A stretch of DNA of 22,116 bases from assembly GCA_014728035.1 (NCBI GenBank), contig WJMJ01000141.1, positions 1 to 22,116 of the forward strand. The letters run 5' to 3'. The notes beneath the pieces were generated by a model, which was given only the letters and a program-made list of their open reading frames with translations, was not told where the DNA came from and ran no database searches. The DNA comes from Promethearchaeota archaeon. Its GTDB lineage: Archaea; Asgardarchaeota; Thorarchaeia; Thorarchaeales; Thorarchaeaceae. Made by a program: the position numbers and the translations under genes. Of this stretch, positions 1-8,266 are shown in pieces (position 1 is the stretch's first letter; every line of letters begins with the position of its first letter).

Positions 1-2208
1 GATAGAACTCCGACTTCATTATTCACTCATGAATATCTATCTCATGATGAGGATATCAACTGGAAAAAGTATGATTATTCCCATTCTTCTTGGTCTACAG
101 AAGTTGGTTCAGCCGATGGTCCCGCTAGACGTTCATTTGAACATAATGGACCTAACCAGATTGATTGTGGTCCTTGGCATGATGGAGATCCAGCAGGATA
201 TTTCTGGGATTTTAGAAATGAAACCGAAGAAGTCAACATTGCTGTCGAAAATCAATGGTATCCTTTTGTCATGCCAATAGGTGAGGACATTGGATTGATT
301 ATCGACGACCCGTATATGTATTATGGCACTTTCAATACAACATCTGAAGAATTCCTTCATCTAACCATTTCGAGCAATCATGACGAATTATTCCTTGAAG
401 GGTGGGTTATTGACCCATCAGGTCATTATATTGCTGACTTCTGGATTGAAGATGGAGATATTGGAGTCTTTCCGATTCCTATTTACGAATCCGGAATGTA
501 TGCTCTAGCTTTCTATGCTGAAATGGCTAATCCAGGACTTGTCACCGTTGACCTTCGTCTTGATTCTGTGACACCTGAAGTTGTGAACTTTGACCAAGTT
601 GTCGAGGGAGTACTTCCAGGTAGTGAGGTTGGTGTTGATGATCAAAGTGATGTCGTCCATGAAGAGATGTCTCCAACAATCTATACATACAAACTAACTG
701 CCAACTCTACATATCCTGGCCATTTTGAATACTCTATCAATTATCCAACAATCTTGCCGTTCTATGATATGATGGAACCAATTATTGTTGTGCAAACAAA
801 TCTTGCTTGGTTTGATTACTACTCTGATCCATATATGGAATATCTTGATGCAGAGGGTGGAGAATACTGGTATCAGTCATTCGGAAACAATTCCTACTAT
901 GTTTCCTTTATTGGTATGGATAATACTGAATATCTTCTCTATAATCATCAACCCCAAGTTCCCGAGCTACCTTTGAATGAAATATTCTTCTTGGAGAATT
1001 TTGGTCCGCCTGGTAGAACTCAAGCTTTCAGACTTACTCTATCAAAAGACTCGATTATCAAGATTAATAGTTCTGAAGTCAATGATGGATTCAACTGGGA
1101 GTTCATCTATTCAGATGGATATGTTTACAACTGGATGGATATTACTGACAGCTCAACATTTCATGGAGCTAAACATTACTATCTGAAAGCTGGAACATAT
1201 CTTGTTCAAGCTTCAGCGGTTGAATGGGAATCCCAAGGGCATTACACAGTAAATGTCGGTCCTATAGTTGATGGCCTTGGTAACTATGCTGTTGATCTAG
1301 GTGACTTGATTGGTATCAAATTTGACATCGAAACAAACACTTTCAACGAGTTTAATGTAACTCTCAACACAAAAGATAACATAACCGTGCGGAGTGATAT
1401 TGATTTTATATCCATGTATGGTTCATCTTTATCACTTAATGATATAACTTATGGAAACAGGCAGAATGGACTTGATTGGTTAGCTTTTGGAAACAATATG
1501 ACTACCTGGAACTTTGGAGAGTCCACAAGTTACGTCTATTTCCCTGAGGGCTTTGGTATTATTGTGATTAGCCCATATGAAGTCGAGAATAACACAGATG
1601 GCATCGTAGATGACTTCTACTATGATTACACTGTTGATTATGGTGTAACTCATCTTGACTATGAGGATGATTACTTTAATGGCACTCAGAATGCAAATGT
1701 AGGAACAGCACCTGTCTGGAGTAATTTTACTTTAGGAGACCCAGGTGAATCTATGGAGTACTACAAGTTAATCATTAACTGTTCTGAAGGAGTTTGGATG
1801 AACTTCACTATTTATACAGATGATGTCACAGACTATCGTTTTGCTGCTTTGCAGGAAACTAATAGAGGTTGCCCACAGCGTCTTGAATGGGATGACATTT
1901 CTGGAGGTTCTACTTGGTCTAGTGATACTGAAGCATGGTATGAGTTTGGATCAATGAGCAATCAGATTATTCTGTATATTGAAATAGACAGAGATCTTCT
2001 CGATGAAGGAAGTTTCGATATATTGATTACACCATATCTAACCAATGCATACGAAGAACCGACTTTGACTTATGCTGGGCTCATTCCCGGCCAGGTTGAT
2101 TTCTTATCACAAAATCTACCACTCATTGTGGGTGGAGTGGCAGTAGCTGCAGTAGTTATTGTGATTCTAATTGCATGGCAGAAAGGAATGTTACCTTCTA
2201 GGTCTTAG
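1..2208 (+). CDS. Large acidic cell-surface protein with C-terminal TM anchor, probably tandem beta-sandwich domains (5'-truncated by window edge)
   Basis: Frame +1 is open from base 1 (DRTPTSLFTHEY...WYPFV) into the track ORF 271..2208, so the true start is upstream of the window. D/E/Y-rich, many N-x-S/T sequons (NTT, NST, NNS, NSS, NVT, NIT, NMT, NGT, NFT), C-terminal hydrophobic helix LPLIVGGVAVAAVVIVILIAW followed by a short tail QKGMLPSRS. Followed by a hairpin terminator. Confidence 0.85.
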   Translation, partial: DRTPTSLFTHEYLSHDEDINWKKYDYSHSSWSTEVGSADGPARRSFEHNGPNQIDCGPWHDGDPAGYFWDFRNETEEVNIAVENQWYPFVMPIGEDIGLIIDDPYMYYGTFNTTSEEFLHLTISSNHDELFLEGWVIDPSGHYIADFWIEDGDIGVFPIPIYESGMYALAFYAEMANPGLVTVDLRLDSVTPEVVNFDQVVEGVLPGSEVGVDDQSDVVHEEMSPTIYTYKLTANSTYPGHFEYSINYPTILPFYDMMEPIIVVQTNLAWFDYYSDPYMEYLDAEGGEYWYQSFGNNSYYVSFIGMDNTEYLLYNHQPQVPELPLNEIFFLENFGPPGRTQAFRLTLSKDSIIKINSSEVNDGFNWEFIYSDGYVYNWMDITDSSTFHGAKHYYLKAGTYLVQASAVEWESQGHYTVNVGPIVDGLGNYAVDLGDLIGIKFDIETNTFNEFNVTLNTKDNITVRSDIDFISMYGSSLSLNDITYGNRQNGLDWLAFGNNMTTWNFGESTSYVYFPEGFGIIVISPYEVENNTDGIVDDFYYDYTVDYGVTHLDYEDDYFNGTQNANVGTAPVWSNFTLGDPGESMEYYKLIINCSEGVWMNFTIYTDDVTDYRFAALQETNRGCPQRLEWDDISGGSTWSSDTEAWYEFGSMSNQIILYIEIDRDLLDEGSFDILITPYLTNAYEEPTLTYAGLIPGQVDFLSQNLPLIVGGVAVAAVVIVILIAWQKGMLPSRS

Positions 2209-2220
2209 ATACTGAGTTCT

Positions 2221-2253
2221 GATAGGGAGTTTCTCCCTATCCATTTCTTTTTT
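2221..2253 (+). terminator. Hairpin + T-tract intrinsic terminator of the 1..2208 gene
   Basis: Perfect 9-bp stem GATAGGGAG-TTT-CTCCCTATC (2221-2241), 12 nt after the stop codon, followed by CATTTCTTTTTT. Confidence 0.75.
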
Positions 2254-2306
2254 ATTAAATCAAGGTTATTCTTTTTCTAGAGTATAGACTATAAAATTCT
2301 GTATGG

Positions 2307-2364
2307 AATATTGACAAGTACTTTAGCAATTAATACAATCAGAAATTGATGTTATGTCAATATT
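2307..2364. repeat. 10-bp perfect inverted repeat in convergent intergenic region
   Basis: AATATTGACA (2307-2316) and TGTCAATATT (2355-2364), 38-nt spacer. AT-rich context; function unknown. Confidence 0.4.
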
Positions 2365-2419
2365 GTAATTATGACTTCTAATAATATAATCTTCATTTCA
2401 TGAATGATATGTAGAATTC

Positions 2420-2457
2420 AAAAGAAAAAGATGCGAGTCCAGAATACTCTGGACTCG
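2420..2457 (-). terminator. Hairpin + T-tract intrinsic terminator of the 2470..6039 gene
   Basis: Minus strand CGAGTCCAGA-GTAT-TCTGGACTCG (perfect 10-bp stem, 2434-2457) followed by CATCTTTTTCTTTT, 12 nt after the stop. Confidence 0.8.
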
Positions 2458-2469
2458 TAATTAGAGATA

Positions 2470-5400
2470 TTATCCAGCTCTGCGTTTCTTAATCTGCATA
2501 GCAATGATTACGATTACTACAACCGCTCCGATTCCACCTCCAACTATCAGTAATAGTCCTAGATCCATGATTAGTGGTGGAGTCGTGTCTTCAACAGCAT
2601 TAACAGTCACACTTACTGTATCAGAAGCCGAGTTACCGTTACCATCCCACACAGTTAATTTGTATTCGTAAGTTCCTGGATTTAGACCATCAACATTTAG
2701 GATGATTTTCGATCCACCCCAAGAACCAGACTTTATAGTCGAACTATTGAATTCAATTCGGTAGCTATCTGGGTACTGATCCTCCGGACTCCATACTATG
2801 ACATTTTCCGTGCTTCCTTCAGTGTAAGATATGTCAGAAACATCATCAATTGTTGGAGCTGTATCATCATCAATCACTCTGATTTGTACATGGTCTCCTT
2901 TCCTATTTCCATCAATATCATAGACGTATATCAGTAGGTCATGATAACCTAGACCGATGCTATCTATGTTCACACTCAAAGTTCCTGTTGTCCAAGATCC
3001 ACTATCGAATATTTCGTCATCAACAAAAACTCTGTAATCAGCGGGATGAAGATCAGAAACGTCCCAAGTAATCTCTTGACCCGTTTTGTCAACAAATGCT
3101 AACCTGTCTGGTTCGTTACTTATTGATGGATTAGTGTCATCGTAGACATAAATCATCACAGTACTACTCGCTGAGTTCAGGTCTACATCCCAAACGGTTA
3201 GTACGAGAGTATGAGTTCCATAGTTCAGTCCGTCAATATCAACTGTAATATCGACTAAATTCCATGCATCAGCATCCCAAGCATTTCCATCGATAGTAAC
3301 AGTCCAATCTCGAAGATTGTCATCTTGTGGTACCCAAGTAAGACTATGTCCATCAGAACCTTCTGCATAATAGACCTCTTCCAACTGCTCAATTATGGGG
3401 GTTGTAGGTGCGTATGCCATCGGGTAATAGTCAATCTGGCTTCCACCTGTGATACTATATGTACCTGGTGCAGTGTAATCACTCCACCAATTACCCATAC
3501 TCACATTATCATCCCAAAGACTGGAGTTTAGACCTCCGTTATCCCACGCATTATCTCCATCATTGAATGCAAAGATATTATGATGTATGCTATTTCCAAT
3601 TGACCCAGCACAATAAATTCCATCATCATTATTCCATCTGATAATGTTGTCAGTAACAATATGATAGTCTCCAAAACTAATGTAAAGACCGTCACTATTG
3701 CTCTCAATGGTGTTATTTTCTACCAACCAGTACATCGCTGATGTACCACCGATTCTGACACCAATAGAGCAGTATTTTACAACATTATTGCGAACGGTAT
3801 AATTTTGAACAGCATCTCCATAGATACCCCATGAAGCATTCATGATTACGCTATTTTCAATAATAGTATAATCTGAATCGTACCATCCCCAAATACCATA
3901 GCTCTGATGATCGAGAATCTTACTATTGTTTATTATTGTATTGTCACTATACTGCATGTAAATAGCACGATAGTTGTGGTACAGTTCACAATCATCAATC
4001 TTTGCCGAATCAGAGTAATACAGATGAATTCCATAACTATTTGACGTGTCTTTATATCCTGAAACAGCTGTATCTAGTATATCCGCATTATCGCAGTATC
4101 GTAGATAGATTCCTCTTATTCCTCCGCCAGATATTGAAGCGTCTAAAAGTTTGAATTCGTCTGTTTGATAACCAATTATTCCATAGTGTGCATTGGTAAT
4201 CTGGGTATAATACACATGGATATCGGTACAATGAAACAGTTGTATCGGTGCAGATATACTATCATAACTTCCATCCAAAGCTAGCATGTCGGTACAATTG
4301 ATCATGATGATCTGTCCATAGTTATTTGCATCAATCGTGTCACTACTTTCATTGAATCCATAGTATACTGGTAGTCCGTTAACAGTGTTTCCAGTGAAGG
4401 TGATTTCATAGTAACTGATGGAGGTGTACATAGTAAATCGGAAACCCGCATCAGTCATGACGTTATCTTGAATCGTAATGTCATCACCGTAGTTTTGGGC
4501 TATTCCATCCTGTCCGGCTTGGTCAATTGTGTTGCCCTCTACAAATGCGTTTGTACATGATGAGATTGACATTGCTGTGTATTGTGTCTTAGAAATCTCA
4601 TTATTGGTGATTTCTATATTTGTACAATCGGTTGCGTAGACACCTTCATAGTTTCTATCAAATACATAATTGCTGATAGTTACATTCACTCCACTGTCTA
4701 CATACAATGCTGTAGATTCTGAATATCTTATAGAACCACTATTGACTTCCAAATTATCTGTGGCATCAATATATAATGCAGTATCAGTTGTGGATTCAAT
4801 ATGAATATCTTGCAAGGTTACATCGTCGAAATTAACAAGATAGACACCATATGAATCAATATCTGTAATCTGTGCATTTGTTATTGTCAAGTTTTCTCCC
4901 ATTGAAAAGTATATACCTTCATTTCCAATATCATTCAAAAGAATGTCAGAGAAAGTCCCATTGTATATATTTTCACCATAGATGCCCATATCACTGGAAA
5001 CCATGTCAATATCTACGTTTTCAATGTTGTATTCATAGATATCTTCTAAGTAAAATCCAAAAATTCCTATGTCATTTGCAACGTAATTCGAAATATAGAG
5101 ATTATTGCATGTGGCGATGTATATCCCGTAAGTGCAATCTTCAAGGGTCACATCAGTGATTTCAACATCATTGCAGCTGTCCATCAGTAATGAGAACGAA
5201 GCTCCTTCGAAATAGAGGTTATTCAAGTTGATATCATCGACTAAAGAGCAGTAGAGTCCAAACACATCCCCGTCATAAAATTTTACATTGGTGATGTCAA
5301 TGAAGTGACTCTGATCAATTCTCATATTGTATCCACCAAGAGTAATACTGCCACCAGTGTATATGGTGTTGTTACTCTGATTGATATAGACTGCATAATT

Positions 5401-6039
5401 TCCAACTTGGTTCACGAGTACATTATTACCCGTGCTTTGAAAGTTTGGACATTGATTTACCAGAATTCCAACTGAATCATCAGAAAAAATCTTGCTGGTT
5501 CCAACAATTGAGTCTACACATTGAACAAGTTCTATTGCGATGGATGAGCTTGCACTAATATCGCAATTCACAATTTCCGTATTATTTGCAAAGTAACAGC
5601 TAACTCCTTTCTGGGAAGATTCTACAGTGGTATATTCAATAATCCCATGGGTTGTGTTTTCCAAGAAAATTCCTTGAATACTAGAATCTTGTACCACTAG
5701 ACAATCTCGGATAGTGAAGTATGCTGTGGTATTTAGGATATGAATTCCAATTTCTCCTATACCCCATGAAATATTCAATCCAGCAATGAGATATGGATTT
5801 CCACTGGTTCCAGCACCTGGCCATCCTTGATCAACAAAATCCTGTGTTCCATTAATTAAAATTGGAACGTGGTCGGTCATATCATCAGGTCCCAGTCTTG
5901 TTCCTGCAGCTAAACTATAGGAAATCGATGAGTTCCTTTCATACCTATTATTGCTCGTTGTAAACGTGCTTGTTACAGCCAATAGTGGCTGGGCTATGAG
6001 AATACTAAGAAGTAGTACACTTGTCATCCGCTTTATCAA
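2470..6039 (-). CDS. Membrane-anchored surface protein: right-handed parallel beta-helix (NosD/PbH1-like) repeats + 3 Ig-like repeats + TM (paralogue A)
   Basis: 1189 aa. Signal peptide MIKRMTSVLLLSILIAQPLLA; N-cap HVPILING...GWPGAGTSGNPYLIAGLNI; many GIY/GIxL-x-(S/C)-x-N-x-TI-x-NN beta-helix coils; NAWDN/WDDNVSMGNWWSDY C-cap typical of NosD-type repeats; three ~90-aa repeats; TM LLLIVGGGIGAVVVIVIIAM plus KKRR tail. TTG start with SD GGAGGAGG 5 nt upstream. Confidence 0.9.
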   Translation of the reverse strand: MIKRMTSVLLLSILIAQPLLAVTSTFTTSNNRYERNSSISYSLAAGTRLGPDDMTDHVPILINGTQDFVDQGWPGAGTSGNPYLIAGLNISWGIGEIGIHILNTTAYFTIRDCLVVQDSSIQGIFLENTTHGIIEYTTVESSQKGVSCYFANNTEIVNCDISASSSIAIELVQCVDSIVGTSKIFSDDSVGILVNQCPNFQSTGNNVLVNQVGNYAVYINQSNNTIYTGGSITLGGYNMRIDQSHFIDITNVKFYDGDVFGLYCSLVDDINLNNLYFEGASFSLLMDSCNDVEITDVTLEDCTYGIYIATCNNLYISNYVANDIGIFGFYLEDIYEYNIENVDIDMVSSDMGIYGENIYNGTFSDILLNDIGNEGIYFSMGENLTITNAQITDIDSYGVYLVNFDDVTLQDIHIESTTDTALYIDATDNLEVNSGSIRYSESTALYVDSGVNVTISNYVFDRNYEGVYATDCTNIEITNNEISKTQYTAMSISSCTNAFVEGNTIDQAGQDGIAQNYGDDITIQDNVMTDAGFRFTMYTSISYYEITFTGNTVNGLPVYYGFNESSDTIDANNYGQIIMINCTDMLALDGSYDSISAPIQLFHCTDIHVYYTQITNAHYGIIGYQTDEFKLLDASISGGGIRGIYLRYCDNADILDTAVSGYKDTSNSYGIHLYYSDSAKIDDCELYHNYRAIYMQYSDNTIINNSKILDHQSYGIWGWYDSDYTIIENSVIMNASWGIYGDAVQNYTVRNNVVKYCSIGVRIGGTSAMYWLVENNTIESNSDGLYISFGDYHIVTDNIIRWNNDDGIYCAGSIGNSIHHNIFAFNDGDNAWDNGGLNSSLWDDNVSMGNWWSDYTAPGTYSITGGSQIDYYPMAYAPTTPIIEQLEEVYYAEGSDGHSLTWVPQDDNLRDWTVTIDGNAWDADAWNLVDITVDIDGLNYGTHTLVLTVWDVDLNSASSTVMIYVYDDTNPSISNEPDRLAFVDKTGQEITWDVSDLHPADYRVFVDDEIFDSGSWTTGTLSVNIDSIGLGYHDLLIYVYDIDGNRKGDHVQIRVIDDDTAPTIDDVSDISYTEGSTENVIVWSPEDQYPDSYRIEFNSSTIKSGSWGGSKIILNVDGLNPGTYEYKLTVWDGNGNSASDTVSVTVNAVEDTTPPLIMDLGLLLIVGGGIGAVVVIVIIAMQIKKRRAG
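2597..3407 (-). repeat. Three tandem ~90-aa Ig-like repeats in paralogue A (boundaries approximate)
   Basis: Repeated pattern D-x-T-x-P-x-I...W...D-x-x-P...GSW...VxVDGL-x-x-G-x-H/Y-x-x-x-L-x-V-W/Y-D-x-x-GN...V, starting at PTTPII, DDTNPSI and DDTAPTI. Confidence 0.75.
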
Positions 6040-6044
6040 GTTGT

Positions 6045-6052
6045 CCTCCTCC
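6045..6052 (-). promoter_or_regulatory. Shine-Dalgarno sequence of paralogue A
   Basis: GGAGGAGG on the minus strand, 5 nt before the TTG at 6039. Confidence 0.75.
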
Positions 6053-6240
6053 GGCGATTCTGCTGGATAATTTTTTCGAGTATTTTCTCCTTTAACTAAC
6101 CTGCGCGAATCGGGTGGTTTCGTCTCCTTAGTTAAGTCATTGGCAGAATATAATCCTTCGGTATCTAAGAAAAAAGTTGATTTCTTAAGCAGCTATACTG
6201 CACTACCTATCAACTAATATGTAACCACAAAATTCCTCTT

Positions 6241-8226
6241 GTGGAGGGTACAAAACTGGACATTGCCAAACTGCAAAAACAATTGAATGAAGAACAATTA
6301 ACTGCTGTATTACATGAGCAAGGACCCGCATTAGTTGTAGCCGGGCCTGGTTCAGGTAAAACTCGTGTCTTAACTCACAGAGTTGCATGGTTGTTAAGCC
6401 AAGATGTACGACCTGATTCTATCATGTTGGTTACTTTCACAAAGAAAGCCGCGCAAGAAATGATTTCGCGAGTACAACAGCTTTCTTACAGAGGTGCTGC
6501 CGTCGTAGCAGGAACTTTCCATCACATTGCATATATTTTCCTTAGAAGGTATGTGTCATCTCTACCCGATCTCTATTCAAAGTCTTTTACGATTATTGAC
6601 CAAGGCGACCAAGAGAAACTATTCAAGTTGGTGATTCAAAGTCTAATCGACCAAGAAGATAGGCGATTAATACCGAAGCCAAAAGATTTCGTGAGAATAG
6701 TTTCCTATATGCATTCTACTCAAATGTCATTACTTGATGTGGTAAGAGAAGAATTCCCGAATTATATCCGTCAGATGGATAGAATCAACAGTGTGGTTAA
6801 TGGATACAAAGAGAGAAAAATACAAGGGAATATGATGGACTTTTCCGATTTGTTGACATATTTTCTTATTCTGCTCAGAGATACATCTGCTGGTATTGAG
6901 ATAAAAAACCAGATTGACCATGTTTTGGTTGACGAGTATCAAGATGTGAATGCTCTCCAAGAAAAAATCATTCGAGAACTGAGTGGAACTTGTAAGTCTC
7001 TTATGGTGGTTGGTGATGATGCTCAATCGATTTATTCCTTTCGCGGTGGTTCTGCAGAATTCATGCTAGACTTTGAAGACCAGTATCAATCTGTAACGAA
7101 ATATTTTCTGACGAAAAACTACAGAAGTAGACCTTCTATTCTCAGGTTAGTTAATGCTTCTATCGAATATAATGAAGAACAGATCGAAAAGCAACTTGAA
7201 TCATTGCGCCCGGAAGGCGACCTTCCCATTGTAACAGTAACTTCAAACTCAAGAGAACAAGCTGCCTATGTCATCTCGAAAATTCAAGAGTATAATGAAT
7301 CAGGTATTCCTTTTGATGAGATAGCTATCCTTTACAGGGCGAGATGGAATTCATTGGAATTCGAGAAAGCTTGTGTAAATAGTGGAATAAGATATGACAT
7401 TAGGGGTGGAATACGTTTCTTTGAGCGGAGTCATATCAAGGACGTAACTGCTTTAGTAACTATATTTGTCAATCCACGAGAAATATTGCAATGGAATAGA
7501 ATTCTCTCTATGCTGAGTGGAGTTGGCGAAATAACCGCATCAAAAATTGTCCAGAAGATTCAATCTAAATCTAATCCACTTACAGCGTTTCTCACTCTAG
7601 GAAGAAATGATTTTTCTAGCATGAGTATTTCGTCTATAGCTATTTCGTCTATAATTTCTCTTCAACGGTTATTTACTGAACTTGCAGAATTAGATGAGAA
7701 TCACTCCGGTCTGACTCAAATCAATCCAATGAGGTTTCTGTCCTTGTGTCTAGAATTTCTAGAACCTATCCATCAGATGAAGTTCCCTGATGAAGATGAA
7801 TTTCGTGAGCGATGGAATGACGTTCGAGAATTCATGTCTTTTTCGGACCGATATGATTCATTGGATAATCTTTTAGCTGATATTCTAACTATGGTCAATA
7901 TCTCTACAAGAACATCGAAACTAGATGACAAGGATAGGCCTATTGTACTCTCCACAGTACATCAAGCAAAAGGTCTCGAGTGGCAAGTTGTATTTGTAAC
8001 TTGGTTGAATCAAGGTGTATTTCCTCACTCTATGTCTCTTGCTGAGGATAATCTTGAAGAGGAACGTCGATTATTTTATGTGGCTTGTACTCGTGCTAAG
8101 GACTTTTTACATCTAACTTTTTCCGAATATGCTCGTTCTTGGCAAAACAGTGAGGGTGTATCTCAGTTTATCGAAGAAATCATGGATGAAAATGTATTCC
8201 AAATATTTGGTAATGATATATGGTAG
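6241..8226 (+). CDS. uvrD: ATP-dependent DNA helicase, UvrD/PcrA/Rep family (SF1A)
   Basis: All SF1A motifs: Q-motif LNEEQ, Walker A AGPGSGKT, Ia TFTKKAA, Walker B VDEYQD, III VGDDAQSIYSFRG, IV NYRS, V STVHQAKGLEW, VI EEERRLFYVACTRAK. GTG start uncertain; UvrD versus PcrA orthology cannot be resolved by eye. Confidence 0.95.
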   Translation: MEGTKLDIAKLQKQLNEEQLTAVLHEQGPALVVAGPGSGKTRVLTHRVAWLLSQDVRPDSIMLVTFTKKAAQEMISRVQQLSYRGAAVVAGTFHHIAYIFLRRYVSSLPDLYSKSFTIIDQGDQEKLFKLVIQSLIDQEDRRLIPKPKDFVRIVSYMHSTQMSLLDVVREEFPNYIRQMDRINSVVNGYKERKIQGNMMDFSDLLTYFLILLRDTSAGIEIKNQIDHVLVDEYQDVNALQEKIIRELSGTCKSLMVVGDDAQSIYSFRGGSAEFMLDFEDQYQSVTKYFLTKNYRSRPSILRLVNASIEYNEEQIEKQLESLRPEGDLPIVTVTSNSREQAAYVISKIQEYNESGIPFDEIAILYRARWNSLEFEKACVNSGIRYDIRGGIRFFERSHIKDVTALVTIFVNPREILQWNRILSMLSGVGEITASKIVQKIQSKSNPLTAFLTLGRNDFSSMSISSIAISSIISLQRLFTELAELDENHSGLTQINPMRFLSLCLEFLEPIHQMKFPDEDEFRERWNDVREFMSFSDRYDSLDNLLADILTMVNISTRTSKLDDKDRPIVLSTVHQAKGLEWQVVFVTWLNQGVFPHSMSLAEDNLEEERRLFYVACTRAKDFLHLTFSEYARSWQNSEGVSQFIEEIMDENVFQIFGNDIW

Positions 8227-8227
8227 G

Positions 8228-8263
8228 AAAAAAAGATCAAGGTGGGGGATATCCCCCCGACCT
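8228..8263 (-). terminator. Hairpin + T-tract terminator of the 8267..12010 gene (possibly bidirectional with uvrD)
   Basis: AGGT-GGGGG-ATAT-CCCCC-CG-ACCT (8240-8263) in the 40-nt gap between convergent stops; on the minus strand followed by TGATCTTTTTTT. Confidence 0.7.
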
Positions 8264-8266
8264 CAA

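Noticed and set aside
29-1186. Short ORFs 29..280, 133..360, 785..976 and 977..1186
   Set aside because: Alternative-frame or antisense shadows of the continuous frame +1 gene; no recognisable motifs.
6040-8266. uvrD as a mobile element or defence-system component (e.g. Gabija GajB)
   Set aside because: No adjacent OLD/TOPRIM nuclease, transposase, integrase, terminal repeats or target-site duplication; size and motifs fit a housekeeping-type SF1A helicase.
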